The translations under genes were made by a program, and so were the position numbers. Positions 35,871 to 46,765 of a stretch of 64,000 nt of DNA are shown here, piece after piece (positions within the stretch are counted from its first letter, which is position 1; the number at the start of each line of letters is the position of its first letter). The stretch spans positions 1,248,001-1,312,000 of the forward strand of contig CAWDRG010000009.1 in NCBI GenBank assembly GCA_963804645.1, given 5' to 3'. The notes beneath the pieces were generated by a model. The model searched no databases. It saw nothing but the letters and a program-made list of their open reading frames with translations, and was not told where the DNA came from. The DNA comes from an uncultured Bacillota bacterium. Lineage in GTDB: Bacteria > Sysuimicrobiota > Sysuimicrobiia > Sysuimicrobiales > Segetimicrobiaceae.

Positions 35871-37625
35871 ATGGCAGACGCGTCGAGCCTGCAGCCTTGG
35901 CGAGTGGATCAGATCGGCGGCATGACGGTGGAATGGGATCTTGGCATTCCGATGGACGACGGCCTCGTGCTCCGCGCCGACGTATTCCGCCCCGCGGCGC
36001 GGGGCCGGTACCCCGTGATCCTGACCTACGGACCGTACGCGAAGGGCCTGCCGTTCCAAGAGGGGTATCCCGATCAGTGGCGGCGTCTCAGCCAGAACCA
36101 TCCGGAGGTGTGCCGCGGCTCGACGTGCCGTTTCCAGACCTGGGAGGCGGTTGATCCTGAGAAGTGGGTACCGGACGGCTATGTTTGCGTGCGCGTCGAT
36201 TCGCGGGGCGCAGGTCGCTCGCCGGGTTTCTTGGATCCGTTCTCGCCGCGCGAGACCCGGGATTTCTACCTGTGCATCGAATGGGCGGCGGAGCAGCCCT
36301 GGAGCACGGGAAAGATCGGGCTGCTCGGAATCTCCTACTACGCCATCAATCAGTGGCACGTGGCCGCGCTGCGCCCGCCGCACCTGGTCGCGATGTGCCC
36401 CTGGGAGGGGGCCGCGGAGTGGTACCGGGACATGACGCGGCACGGGGGGATCAAGACGACGTTTTGGGACAACTGGATGACGAAGCAGGTGGTGACCGTG
36501 CAGCACGGTCGCGGCGACCGGGGGCCGCGTGACCCGAATACCGGTCTGACGGTGGCCGGCCCGGAGACGCTGTCGGAGGAGGCGCTCGCCGCGAACCGCG
36601 CCGATCTGCGGCGTGCCGTCCTGTCGCATCCGCTCGACGACGCCTATCACCGGGAGCGGTCTCCGGATTGGACGCGCGTCACGGTCCCGTTTCTTTCCGC
36701 GTCCAATTGGGGCGGGCAGGGGCTGCACCCGCGCGGGAACGTCGAGGGATTCGTGCGGGCGGCCAGCGCGGAGAAGTGGCTCGAGGTGCACGGGTTGGAG
36801 CACTGGACGCACTTCTATACGGACTACGGGGTGGCGCTGCAGAAGCGGTTCTTCGATCACTACCTCAGAGGCATCGACAACGGCTGGCAGGACCAGCCGA
36901 AGGTGCTCCTGCAGGTGCGTCATCTGGACCGGTTCGTGCCCCGGACGGAAGACGCGTGGCCGATTCCGCGTACGCGGTGGACGCGCTTCTATCTCGACGC
37001 CGCGGGCTCGGCGTTGTCGCGCGAGACGGTCCCGGCGGGCGCCTCGGCCGAGTTCGAGGCGCTGGGGGAGGGCGTCACGCTGTCGTCTGCGCCGCTCGAG
37101 CGCGACACCGAGCTCACGGGGCCGGCGGCGGCGAAGCTGTTCGTGTCGTCGAGCACGGTCGACGCGGACATCTTCGTCGTGCTGCGCGTGTTCGACCCCC
37201 AAGGCGGCGAGGTCGACTTTCAAGGGGCGCTCGATCCGCACACGCCGATCGGCAACGGGTGGCTCAGGGCGTCGCACCGGCGGCTCGACCCCGACCTGTC
37301 CACGCCGTGGCGCCCATACCACAGTCACGACCGGGCGGAGCCGCTCGTCCCGGGGCAGGTCTACGAGCTCGACGTTGAGATCTGGCCGACCAGCCTCGTC
37401 GTGCCGCGGGGCTACCGGATCGCGCTCACGATCCTGGGGAAAGATCTTGAACGGCCCGGTCCCGGCCTGCAGATCAAGAGCTTCGCCGCGCCCTTCCGAG
37501 GGTCCGGGCCGTTCCTTCACACCGATCCCGAAGATCGTCCGGCCGCCGTCTTTGGCGGGCGGACCACGCTCCACACCGGCGGCGCGCACCCCTCGTTTCT
37601 GCTGCTGCCCGTGATCCCCAATTAA
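35871..37625 (+). CDS. CocE/NonD family hydrolase
   Basis: LRADVFRP, VDSRGAGRSPG, GKIGLLGISY, VEIWPTS. Confidence 0.92.
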   Translation: MADASSLQPWRVDQIGGMTVEWDLGIPMDDGLVLRADVFRPAARGRYPVILTYGPYAKGLPFQEGYPDQWRRLSQNHPEVCRGSTCRFQTWEAVDPEKWVPDGYVCVRVDSRGAGRSPGFLDPFSPRETRDFYLCIEWAAEQPWSTGKIGLLGISYYAINQWHVAALRPPHLVAMCPWEGAAEWYRDMTRHGGIKTTFWDNWMTKQVVTVQHGRGDRGPRDPNTGLTVAGPETLSEEALAANRADLRRAVLSHPLDDAYHRERSPDWTRVTVPFLSASNWGGQGLHPRGNVEGFVRAASAEKWLEVHGLEHWTHFYTDYGVALQKRFFDHYLRGIDNGWQDQPKVLLQVRHLDRFVPRTEDAWPIPRTRWTRFYLDAAGSALSRETVPAGASAEFEALGEGVTLSSAPLERDTELTGPAAAKLFVSSSTVDADIFVVLRVFDPQGGEVDFQGALDPHTPIGNGWLRASHRRLDPDLSTPWRPYHSHDRAEPLVPGQVYELDVEIWPTSLVVPRGYRIALTILGKDLERPGPGLQIKSFAAPFRGSGPFLHTDPEDRPAAVFGGRTTLHTGGAHPSFLLLPVIPN

Positions 37626-37636
37626 GGCGGTGTGAG

Positions 37637-38608
37637 ATGGATGAGGCGTTGATTCCGAGCGCGTCGCAGGTGCCCCGGTTTTCCGGAATTCGGACGTTCA
37701 TGCGTCTGCCGTACGTGCCGCGGGTCGAGACGTTTCGTCCAGACGTCGCGATCATCGGCATTCCGTTCGACACCGGGGCGAGTTTTCGTCCCGGCGCCCG
37801 CTTCGGCCCGTCGGCGATCAGGGACATCTCCGTGCTGCTGCGGCCGTCCAACCAGTTTCACAAGGTCAACGCCCTCGAACGGCTGCGGGTCGCGGACGCC
37901 GGCGACGCGCTCGCCATCCCCGGCGAGATCGCGCGCACCTATGAGAACGTCGCGCGGCAGTGGGCGGAGCTCGCGAACGCGGGCATCATCCCGATCGCGC
38001 TCGGGGGCGACCACTCGATTACGCTGGGCGAGCTGCGCGGATTGACGCAGAAGTACGGCCCGCTCGCGCTCGTGCATTTTGACGCGCACACGGACACCTG
38101 GGACAATTACTGGGGGGTGCGATACACGCACGGGACCCCGTTTCGGCGCGCGTGCGAGGAGGGGCTGCTGGATACCGCGCATTCGATTCAGGTAGGTCTG
38201 CGCGGCAGCGAGTACGCCCCGACCGACTTGGACGACGTGAGGCAGCTCGGGTTTCAAGCGCTGCTCGCGCAGGATCTGCTGTCGCTGACGCCGGCCGAGG
38301 TGGCGGATACCGTCCGCCGGCGGGTCGACGGGCGTCGGGCGTTTTTCAGCTTTGACGTCGATTTCTTCGATCCCGCCTTCGCACCGGGCACCGGCACGCC
38401 GGAGGTCGGGGGCCCCACGAGCGCCTTCGGGCTGCAGACCGTGCGGCACCTCACCGGCATCGACTTCATCGGGTTCGACGTCGTGGAAGTCCTGCCGGCC
38501 CACGATGTCTCGGCCATCACCGCGCTGCTCGCGGCCAGCCTCGCGTTCGAGTTCTTGGCGCTCGTCGCGGTGCAGCGGGCGGCCGTGCCGTCGCGGGGCG
38601 CCGACTAA
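37637..38608 (+). CDS. speB: Agmatinase (ureohydrolase family)
   Basis: RPGARFGP, GGDHS, DAHTD, DVDFFDP, PGTGTP. Confidence 0.88.
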   Translation: MDEALIPSASQVPRFSGIRTFMRLPYVPRVETFRPDVAIIGIPFDTGASFRPGARFGPSAIRDISVLLRPSNQFHKVNALERLRVADAGDALAIPGEIARTYENVARQWAELANAGIIPIALGGDHSITLGELRGLTQKYGPLALVHFDAHTDTWDNYWGVRYTHGTPFRRACEEGLLDTAHSIQVGLRGSEYAPTDLDDVRQLGFQALLAQDLLSLTPAEVADTVRRRVDGRRAFFSFDVDFFDPAFAPGTGTPEVGGPTSAFGLQTVRHLTGIDFIGFDVVEVLPAHDVSAITALLAASLAFEFLALVAVQRAAVPSRGAD

Positions 38609-38647
38609 GATAAAGCGGTCCGTCCGCCGCCCGGTCCGCGCGGGTCG

Positions 38648-39625
38648 CTAACGCGCGGCCGGGGGGACCGCGTTCACCACGTAGCGGGGCGCTTCGTTCG
38701 ACAGCGCCCGCACCACGTTTTCGACGGCTTTCCGCTGCAACTCGCGCACGGACTCCTCGGAGTAGAAGGCGACGTGGGGCGTCAGTACAAGCGTGTCGAG
38801 CGCGCGCACCGCCTCGAGATCGCGCGGCGGCTCGGTTTCGAGCACGTCGAGCGCCGCTCCGGCGATCCATCCCTCGCGCAGGGCGGTGACGAGGGCGTCG
38901 TGGGCCACGAGGGGCCCGCGCGAAGTGTTGATGAGATACGCGGTCGGCTTCATCGCCCGGAGCGCCGCTGCCCCGATGAGGCCGCGGGTCTCGGGGACGA
39001 GCGGTGCGTGGACGGAGACGAAGTCGGAGCGGGCGAGCAGGTCCTCGAGCGTGACCTTCTCGACGTGGGCCGCCGCCATGTCCTCGCCGCTCACGTACGG
39101 GTCGAACGCGATGACGTCGAGGCCCAACGCCTGCGCCTTGCCGGTGAGCCGGCGCGGGATCTTCCCAAATCCGATGAGCCCAAGCACCCGCCCCCGCAGC
39201 CGGTGCATGGGCGCCGCATCGCGCGCGTCCCAGCGCCCGTCCCGCACGTGACGGTCGAGGAGCGCGACCTTGCGGGCGCACGCGAACAGGAGCGCCAGGG
39301 CGTGGTCGCTGACCTCGTCGATGCAGTAATCCGGGACGTTTGTCACCGGGATGCCGCGCGCGGTGGCAGCCGCCACGTCGACGTTGTCGACGCCGATGCC
39401 GTAGCGGGCGATGATGCGGCACCGGGTGAGCCGTTCGATGACGCGTCCCGTGACCGGCGCATAGCAGACGAGGATCGCGTCCGCGTCCGCGACGTGGTCC
39501 ACGAGTTGGGCATCCGACGTCGCCTGCAGGGCGACGATGTTGACGCCCATTGGGTCCAGCAGCGCGTGTTCGATCTCGAGCGACGGAAACACGTGGTCTG
39601 TGACGACGACCTTGACTGGACTCAT
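38648..39625 (-). CDS. D-2-hydroxyacid dehydrogenase (CtBP-like)
   Basis: GIGVDNVD, NVPDYC, GFGKI, INTSRG, TPHVAFYS. Confidence 0.92.
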   Translation of the reverse strand: MSPVKVVVTDHVFPSLEIEHALLDPMGVNIVALQATSDAQLVDHVADADAILVCYAPVTGRVIERLTRCRIIARYGIGVDNVDVAAATARGIPVTNVPDYCIDEVSDHALALLFACARKVALLDRHVRDGRWDARDAAPMHRLRGRVLGLIGFGKIPRRLTGKAQALGLDVIAFDPYVSGEDMAAAHVEKVTLEDLLARSDFVSVHAPLVPETRGLIGAAALRAMKPTAYLINTSRGPLVAHDALVTALREGWIAGAALDVLETEPPRDLEAVRALDTLVLTPHVAFYSEESVRELQRKAVENVVRALSNEAPRYVVNAVPPAAR

Positions 39626-39804
39626 GCTGGTGTCTTCTTAGTTTTGCCTCGCCCTTCCTGTACGTCGTGGTACCTGTGACGTCGGCCGGCGGGGTGGCCC
39701 GTTCCCGTGGCGACCGCGCCCCGCGCTGCGTTGGAAGGAGCGCCGGGGCCAAAGTGGAAGCCCTAGGGCAAATCGACACGCCTCGTTCCAGGAGGTCCGC
39801 TGTC

Positions 39805-40953
39805 GTGAGTCGCCGTCCCCGTGTTGTCCTGGCCCTCGTCGCGGCGATCGCCGGTCTGTGTGTCCTCACGGTGCCACTCTCGGCCGGCGCGGCGATCGCG
39901 CGGCCGACGAACCTGCGCCCGGTGCAAAGCAAAGCGGACTGCGCGGCGGCCTTGAGCCTGATGGCCGTCATCTGCGGGACCGCGGTCACAGAAGGCAAAC
40001 TCCAACTGATCTGGGACGAATCGGACAAGGGTGCAACCGGGTATAAGGTCTACGAGCTCGGGGCCGGCGGCCAGAAACTCTTGGGCACGTCGACGGCGCG
40101 GTACTACTTGGTCAACAGACCGTCAGAAGGCTACGCCAACCTCTGCTTCGCGGTCGCGGCGTCCGTCGGGAGCCGGGCCTCCGCGGAGAGCTCACGCTAT
40201 TGCTATGCGCCCGGCGCGACCGCGGTCACGCGGTCCTTTAAGCCCACTCACACGATTACACAAGTCGCCTGGACGACGCCCTCGGGTGTGGCGTGCAACG
40301 GCCTGACGGTCAACGCGCCCGAGCCCGGCTCCTTCTTTTTCCAGGGCGCGGACAAGGACTTCGGCTCCGCCTTCACGGCGTTCTTCCCGTGGCTGACCAA
40401 CGAATCGTCGACCTCGGGCCGGGTCGGCATCGGCGGCGTGTACGTCGGGAACGAGGCGGCAGTCATGCAGGTCAACGTGCAATCCGGGGCGTTTACGATC
40501 GTGAACTGCACCGTGGTGCAGGGCCAGCGCATCACGGCGCAGATTCACGCGCTCGGGGGCGCGGCGTTCAATCTCGGATCACTGGTCCATCATAAGCTGT
40601 ACTCGGCCAGCCTGACCCTCACCGTGTCGCAAACCGTGAACGTCGCGTCCAATAGAGCCACGGTGTCCAACGGTGGGTGGTGTCCGATCTTCATCGGGGC
40701 CGCGAATCGGGAGTGGTGGCTTTCGCCTCTCGGGAACCTGACCTACAACAACGCGGCGCGGATCAACGTCGTTTCCCAGCCGGCGGCCCCCATCGACGTG
40801 ACTTCGCTCGTCTCCGCCTGGGCGTCCGTCAGATACGCCAACAACTTTGGATTCATCGTGTCGAGTACCCTTCCGACTGGCGCGGTTCCCATCGTCAGCA
40901 ACGCCTGCCTCACGAAGTTTTCCACCCCGTCGCTGCAAGTTGTGTCCTTTTAG
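39805..40953 (+). CDS. Secreted hypothetical protein (FN3-like N-domain, DNRLRE-like C-terminus)
   Basis: AGGAGG RBS; signal peptide; L.W...ATGYKVY; IDVTSLVSAW..NNFGF..PSLQV. Confidence 0.65.
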   Translation: MSRRPRVVLALVAAIAGLCVLTVPLSAGAAIARPTNLRPVQSKADCAAALSLMAVICGTAVTEGKLQLIWDESDKGATGYKVYELGAGGQKLLGTSTARYYLVNRPSEGYANLCFAVAASVGSRASAESSRYCYAPGATAVTRSFKPTHTITQVAWTTPSGVACNGLTVNAPEPGSFFFQGADKDFGSAFTAFFPWLTNESSTSGRVGIGGVYVGNEAAVMQVNVQSGAFTIVNCTVVQGQRITAQIHALGGAAFNLGSLVHHKLYSASLTLTVSQTVNVASNRATVSNGGWCPIFIGAANREWWLSPLGNLTYNNAARINVVSQPAAPIDVTSLVSAWASVRYANNFGFIVSSTLPTGAVPIVSNACLTKFSTPSLQVVSF

Positions 40954-40974
40954 TCGCCGCGCCTCGCACGCCGC

Positions 40975-42150
40975 TTAGGCCTTCGCGTCCACGCCCCGCC
41001 CCGTGTCGGTGGACTCGCGGCTCAGGATGAGCGCCGCCAGGCCGAGGGGGAGCGCGAGGCCGAATGGCGGCACGGGGCTGACCAGGGCCAGCGCGCCCCC
41101 GAGGAGCGGTCCCAGAAACAGCCCGTAGTCGATCGCGCTGTTGTACACGCCCATCGCCGTCGTGTAGCTCTCGCGCGCCGTCCGCCACGTCACGCGCGTC
41201 GCAAACATCACCGGGATCACGCCAAACGACGCGCCGTAGCATGCACCGAGCGCCAGGAAGCCGGCTGGCGAGCGCAGGAGCGGCACGAGGACGGCGGCCG
41301 CGCTCATCCCGACGATGCCCGCCGGAGCCACCCACGCCGCGCGGCGGTGGGCGATCATCCGGCCCGTGGCGATCTGCATGAGGGTGTACAGGCACCCCTG
41401 CACCGCGAAGACCCAGCCGACCACGGCGACCGAGATGCCGTGGTGCGCCATCTGCAGCGGGAGAAAGGTCGACCACAGGCCGCTGATGCCGAAGCACAGC
41501 ATGCACGCCGCGGACAGGCGGACCACGGTCCGATTGGCGAGCACGCTTCGCAGGTCGTGAGACGTGCCTGCGGGGGCCGCCCGCCGCGGTGCGGTTGCGG
41601 CCGCGACGGCGGGCAGGGCGAGGAGGCTCATCGCGCTCGCCAGGTAGAATGGGGCCCGGTCGCCGTGGCGTGCGGCGATGAACCCGCCGACCGCGGGACC
41701 GACCAGCGTGGCCGCGGAGGCCCAGAACCAGTACACGCTGAGCACACGTCCGCGCGTGCTGGCGGTGGACGACTCCGCGACCGCGGCCTGCAGCGGCGGC
41801 ACGAAGACCGCCCTGGCGCCGCCGATCGCCCCGAGCGTCGACGCGACTGCTCCGGCACTCCGGGCCGCGCTCGCCAGGACGAGGCAGATCGCGTTCGCCG
41901 AGAAGCCGGTGACGAGCGCCGCCCGCCTGCCGACCGCGCGCGCGACGAACCCGGCCTGCAGTTCCACGGTGCCCATGACGAGGCTCAGGATGCTGATCAG
42001 GAAGCCGATCTGTGCCGTGGTGTAGCCGAGGCGCGCGAGATGCAGAGGGAGGACGGGCAGGACCAGCTGCCAGGAGATATTTCCGCAGAAGCCCGCCGCG
42101 GCGAGCAGCAGCACGCGCGCGCCAACGCGCTCGACGCGCTTATCCATCAC
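40975..42150 (-). CDS. MFS transporter
   Basis: About 12 TM; PVLPLHL, GRR, RGR, GPAVGG. Confidence 0.88.
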   Translation of the reverse strand: MMDKRVERVGARVLLLAAAGFCGNISWQLVLPVLPLHLARLGYTTAQIGFLISILSLVMGTVELQAGFVARAVGRRAALVTGFSANAICLVLASAARSAGAVASTLGAIGGARAVFVPPLQAAVAESSTASTRGRVLSVYWFWASAATLVGPAVGGFIAARHGDRAPFYLASAMSLLALPAVAAATAPRRAAPAGTSHDLRSVLANRTVVRLSAACMLCFGISGLWSTFLPLQMAHHGISVAVVGWVFAVQGCLYTLMQIATGRMIAHRRAAWVAPAGIVGMSAAAVLVPLLRSPAGFLALGACYGASFGVIPVMFATRVTWRTARESYTTAMGVYNSAIDYGLFLGPLLGGALALVSPVPPFGLALPLGLAALILSRESTDTGRGVDAKA

Positions 42151-42188
42151 GCGGGGTCACTCCGCGGGCGACCGGCTGCGGCGGCGGA

Positions 42189-42692
42189 TCACGGTTTGTA
42201 GTGCCACATGACGCCGTGGCCGCAGTCCCCGGTGAACTTTACCCCCGCGGATTCCGCGTTCTGCACGGTGGGATGCACGTGGAACGTGGTGAGCTGGCCG
42301 GGATCGAGCGGCTTGATCGGCACGACGCTCGCCTCGATCGAGCGGTCGTCTTCGTCGAAAAAGTACGCGATGACGTCGCAGGTGCCGCGCGTGTTCCCGT
42401 CGTTGCGCACGGTTCCGAAAAACCAGTTGACGGTGTCGTCCGACGTGCCCAGGTCCAAGTAGTGCTTTTCCACCACGACATAGTACGGGCCCGAAGACGA
42501 GGACGACGCCGCGACGGCCGGCGCGGCGCGGTTCAGCCCGGCATCCAGCACGGCACGCACGCGGTCGACGGCTGGCATCGCAAGCACGGCGGCCGCGGCG
42601 CCGATCACGACGCCGACGGCGAACGCCTGCCAGAGTGTCCGCGGCGCCGGCGGGCGTCTCCCGTCCGGGCGCACCGATGCGTCTTGCGGCAT
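42189..42692 (-). CDS. Membrane-anchored FxLYD-like domain protein
   Basis: One TM, then GTVRNDG...AYFFDEDD...LDPGQ..TF. Confidence 0.65.
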   Translation of the reverse strand: MPQDASVRPDGRRPPAPRTLWQAFAVGVVIGAAAAVLAMPAVDRVRAVLDAGLNRAAPAVAASSSSSGPYYVVVEKHYLDLGTSDDTVNWFFGTVRNDGNTRGTCDVIAYFFDEDDRSIEASVVPIKPLDPGQLTTFHVHPTVQNAESAGVKFTGDCGHGVMWHYKP

Positions 42693-42848
42693 GCCCGTGG
42701 ATTCTTGAGGACGAAGCGCGATGCCTGCCGCGCCCGGGTCCAGGCAGGGGTTTGTTTCGAAGGCGGCAAACCGGTGAGCCTGTCGCTTGCGTACCGCCCG
42801 GCCGCGAGGACGGCGGCCGGGAACCCACGATCGCATCGAGGTGGCGCG

Positions 42849-43856
42849 GTGGAGACGCTCGACATACACTTTCACGTGGTGCCCTCGCAGTTTCTCGACG
42901 ACGTGCGCCGCGGGACGTTCAGCGAGGCCGTGACCATGGAACGCGCCGACGGCCGGGAGCGGATGGTCCAGCATGCGCCGCCCCACATCGTCCTTGAGCC
43001 GGGCGGCGGCGGGCTGCAGCCCGACGTGTACGACGAGACCCTGATTCTCTCGGCGATGGACCGCAAGAAACTCGACGGGGCGGTGATCGGTCCCTCCCCG
43101 GGTCAGTTTTACTACTGGGCCGCGCCGGAGATGGGCGAGCGCATGGCGCGCTCCGTCAACAACGGCATCGCGGCGATGGTGAAGGCGCACCCCGACCGGT
43201 TCATCGGCATCGGCACGGTGCCGATGCAGGACAGTGAGCGCGCGGTGCGCGAGCTCCGGCGCGCCGTGACGGAGCTCGGCCTTCGCGGCGTGGAGATCTG
43301 CACCCACATCGCCGGGGTCGATTTGGACGCCCCGCAGTTCATGTCGGTCTACGCGGAGGCGGAGCGGCTCGGCGTGCCGTTCTTTCTTCACCCTCAGAAT
43401 ACGGGCGACATCACCCGGATGAAGGAGTACCATCTGTGGAATCTCGCCGGGTTCCCGCTGGAGACGGCCCTCGCCGCGAGCCGGCTGCTGCTCAGCGGGA
43501 CGTTTGAAAAGTACCCGGGGTTCAAAATCATTCTCGCGCACGGGGGCGGGTATTTCCCGTACCAGGTCGGCCGGCTCGACCACGGCTACACCGTCCGGAA
43601 GGAGCTCCAGCATCTTCCGCGGCGTCCCAGCGAGTATCTCGCGAACATTTACTGCGACACCCTGACCCACAACGCGCTGTCGCTGCGGTTCTTAGTCGAT
43701 CGGATGGGCGACGACCACGTGGTGATCGGCAGCGACTATCCGTTCGACATGGGCTACGACCAGCCGGTTGAGATGGTCAAGGCGAGCGGGCTGGGCTCGG
43801 TGCGAGAAGCTAAAGTGCTGGGAAAGAACCTCGCCAAGCTGATGAAAGTCGGCTGA
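42849..43856 (+). CDS. Amidohydrolase_2 family (ACMSD/decarboxylase-like)
   Basis: DIHFH, FLHP, LAHGGG, IGSDYPFDM. Confidence 0.9.
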   Translation: METLDIHFHVVPSQFLDDVRRGTFSEAVTMERADGRERMVQHAPPHIVLEPGGGGLQPDVYDETLILSAMDRKKLDGAVIGPSPGQFYYWAAPEMGERMARSVNNGIAAMVKAHPDRFIGIGTVPMQDSERAVRELRRAVTELGLRGVEICTHIAGVDLDAPQFMSVYAEAERLGVPFFLHPQNTGDITRMKEYHLWNLAGFPLETALAASRLLLSGTFEKYPGFKIILAHGGGYFPYQVGRLDHGYTVRKELQHLPRRPSEYLANIYCDTLTHNALSLRFLVDRMGDDHVVIGSDYPFDMGYDQPVEMVKASGLGSVREAKVLGKNLAKLMKVG

Positions 43857-43906
43857 GCGGCCCGCGCCGACCACCACGTTCGATTCGCCACAAGGGAGGT
43901 GCTCGC

Positions 43907-44902
43907 ATGACGCTCGGCTGGGGAATCATCGGGACCGGCGGGTTTGCCGGCAGCGCGGTCGCGCCCGCGATCAGCGTGCTCGGAGACCGCGGCACGCTCA
44001 TGGCGGCCGTGAGCCGTGACCGCGGCCGCGCGGACGAGTTCGCGGCGAAACACGGCGCCGCGCGCGCGTACACCGCGTACGAGGACCTGCTGCGCGACCC
44101 GGCAGTCCAGATCATCTACATCTCGACGCCGAACGCCCAGCACGCGGAGCAAGCGATCGCGGCGGCGCGGGCGGGCAAGCATGTGCTGTGCGAGAAGCCG
44201 CTCGCGCTGACGTCGGCGGACGCGCGGAGGGTCGTGGAGGAGTTTGCCAAGGCTGGGCTGAAACTTGGCACGCATTTTCAGACGCGGCATCACACGGCGT
44301 TCGTGGAGACGAAGCGGCTGCTGGAGGAACGCGCGATCGGCGACGTGATTCTCGTCCAGGTGGAGGTCAGCCCCGGGGCGGCCCCGCTGGGCGGATGGCG
44401 GACCGATCCGTCCCTCGCAGGCCTCGGCGTGATCAACAACCTGGGCGTCCACGCCTACGACCTCCTGCGGTACCTGCTCGGGTCGGAGGTGCGCGAGGTT
44501 GTCGCCCTGACCAACGTCGGGAGGACGCAGGAGCTGGAGCGGATGGCGGTGGCGCTGCTGCGGTTCGAGAACGGGGTCCTCGCGTACGTCAACGCGAATC
44601 AGAACGTCCCGTTCTACCAGCCCGACATCGCGATCTACGGCACGTCGGGACGGATCGTCGGGGCGGACTGCACGCGGCCGTTCCGTGACGGCGAGCTCCG
44701 CGTGCTGACGGAGGCCGGCGAGCGGGTGACGAAGCACACCAGCAGGGACGCGGTGGTGCGATCGGTGGCCGCGTTCAACACGGCGGTGGCGGAGAACCGA
44801 GAGCCCAACGCCTCGGGCGTCGACGGGTGGCGGAACGTGCAGGTGACCGAGGCGTTGATCGCCTCCGCGCGCGAGGGGCGGCTGACGCAGGTCGCGCGCT
44901 GA
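43907..44902 (+). CDS. Gfo/Idh/MocA oxidoreductase (1,5-anhydrofructose reductase-like)
   Basis: WGIIGTG, ISTPN..H, HVLCEKP, GVHAYD. Confidence 0.92.
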   Translation: MTLGWGIIGTGGFAGSAVAPAISVLGDRGTLMAAVSRDRGRADEFAAKHGAARAYTAYEDLLRDPAVQIIYISTPNAQHAEQAIAAARAGKHVLCEKPLALTSADARRVVEEFAKAGLKLGTHFQTRHHTAFVETKRLLEERAIGDVILVQVEVSPGAAPLGGWRTDPSLAGLGVINNLGVHAYDLLRYLLGSEVREVVALTNVGRTQELERMAVALLRFENGVLAYVNANQNVPFYQPDIAIYGTSGRIVGADCTRPFRDGELRVLTEAGERVTKHTSRDAVVRSVAAFNTAVAENREPNASGVDGWRNVQVTEALIASAREGRLTQVAR

Positions 44903-44955
44903 CGTCGGCGCCCGCCGAGGTTCGGACCGGCGGAGGAGGAGCGCAAGAGACGCGC

Positions 44956-45894
44956 ATGGCGGTTCCCAGCCTCTCGGATACGACCGCGCTGCGCCCCCAG
45001 CGGCCCAGAAGCCTCGGGGCGTTCCTGCGGTCCGCGGAGGCGCGCCACCAGCTGTGGGGCTACGTGTTCCTGGCGCCCATGTTCCTGCTGCTGGTGGCGT
45101 TCAAGTTCGTCCCGATGGTCCAGGCGTTCTACCTCAGCCTCACCAACTTCGATCTCTTGAGCCCGCCGCATTTCGTCGGCCTCACCAACTACGCCAGCCT
45201 CTTGCAAGATTCGACGTTTCGCCAGTCGGTGACCGTGACCGCGTACTTCGTGTTCGGGGTCTGCGTGCCGCTGTGGTTTTTCTCGCTCGGGCTCGCCCTG
45301 ATCTTCAACAGCGCTCTCCCGGCCAGGCACCTGCTGCGCATGGTGTACTTTCTCCCAGCGGTGATGCCGGTCGTCGTCTACGCGACGGTCTGGCGCTTCT
45401 TGTTTCATCCCTACGGGCTGCTCAACGACGGCCTGCACCTGTTCGGGGTGGCCCCGATCAACTGGCTGACCGACAGCCGGTGGACGATGCCGGGGTTCAT
45501 CCTGTCCGCGTGGTGGCGGTTCGTCCCGTACTTCATGATCCTGTACCTCGCCGGACTGCAGAACATCTCGCACGAGTACTACGAGGCGGCCGCGATCGAC
45601 GGCGCCTCGGGCCGGCAGCGGTTCTTCGCGATCACGCTGCCGCTGCTGCGCCCGACGATTCTGTTGGTGATGGTCGTCTCGCTGATCTTCATGTCGAAGG
45701 TCTTCACCAACGTGCTGATCATCACCGGGGGCGGCCCGGACGGCGCCACCTCGGTGCTGTCGTTTTTCATCTACCAGAACGGGCTGCAGTTCTTCAAGAT
45801 GGGCGTGGCCTGCGCGGCCTCGATCTTCCTGCTCGCCGGCATGGTCTCGTTTACGCTGATGCAGCTCGGTGTGTTCCGGGACGGCCGGACGTGA
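44956..45894 (+). CDS. Carbohydrate ABC permease
   Basis: FVGLTNY, YYEAAAIDGA, TGGGP. Confidence 0.93.
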   Translation: MAVPSLSDTTALRPQRPRSLGAFLRSAEARHQLWGYVFLAPMFLLLVAFKFVPMVQAFYLSLTNFDLLSPPHFVGLTNYASLLQDSTFRQSVTVTAYFVFGVCVPLWFFSLGLALIFNSALPARHLLRMVYFLPAVMPVVVYATVWRFLFHPYGLLNDGLHLFGVAPINWLTDSRWTMPGFILSAWWRFVPYFMILYLAGLQNISHEYYEAAAIDGASGRQRFFAITLPLLRPTILLVMVVSLIFMSKVFTNVLIITGGGPDGATSVLSFFIYQNGLQFFKMGVACAASIFLLAGMVSFTLMQLGVFRDGRT

Positions 45895-46730
45895 TCAGCG
45901 GCCGCGGCCCGTACCACACCGCGCTGTACTGGACGCGCTTTGTCCTCGTCGCGGGCTTCGGGCTCGTGCTGCTGATCCCGATCTTCTGGATGCTGTCCGT
46001 CTCGCTGAAGCCGCTCGTCGAAGTGTTTCAGCTGCCGATGCAATGGCTCCCGCACCCGCCCGAATGGCATAACTACCCGGACGCGTGGAATCAGTTTCCG
46101 TTTACGCGCTACTTCGAGAATAGCTTGATCGTCTCGGTCGTGGTCACGGTCCTCAACGTGGTCCTGTCGGGGTTCGCGGGGTACAGCCTCGCCAAGTATC
46201 GCTACTTCGGACAGCGCGCGCTGTTCATTGCGATTCTCTGCACCCTGATGCTGCCGATCGAGGTCTTGATGGTGCCCACGTTCTTGATCGTCAAGGATCT
46301 CGGATGGCTGAACAGCTACCAGGGGCTGATCGTCCCGGTGGCCGCCGATGCATTCGGCGTGTTCCTGATGCGGCAGTTCATGCTGCATCTGCCCGACTCG
46401 CTCATCGAGGCGGCCCGGATCGACGGCGCGGGAGAACTGCGCACGTATTTCTGGATTGTCGTGCCGCTCGTCTGGCCGGCCGTGTTCACGCTCGCTCTCT
46501 TCACGTGGCGCGAGACGTGGGACTCGTTTGTCTGGCCGTACATCATCATCACGAACGACAGCCTGCGCACGGTGCCGCTCGGGCTGCAGCAGTTCCAAGC
46601 GCAATACGTGACGACGTACAACCAGCTCATGGCGATCTCGACGATCGCGATGGTACCGCTCATGCTCGTCTTTTTCTTCTTCCAGCGCACGTTCATTCAG
46701 GGGATCACGCTGTCCGGGTTGAAGGAATAG
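45891..46730 (+). CDS. Carbohydrate ABC permease
   Basis: LIEAARIDGA; W..FVWP; GLK end. Confidence 0.93.
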   Translation: MISGRGPYHTALYWTRFVLVAGFGLVLLIPIFWMLSVSLKPLVEVFQLPMQWLPHPPEWHNYPDAWNQFPFTRYFENSLIVSVVVTVLNVVLSGFAGYSLAKYRYFGQRALFIAILCTLMLPIEVLMVPTFLIVKDLGWLNSYQGLIVPVAADAFGVFLMRQFMLHLPDSLIEAARIDGAGELRTYFWIVVPLVWPAVFTLALFTWRETWDSFVWPYIIITNDSLRTVPLGLQQFQAQYVTTYNQLMAISTIAMVPLMLVFFFFQRTFIQGITLSGLKE

Positions 46731-46765
46731 CGCGTGGCCCGCCTTCCGCGCGTATCGGATCCCGC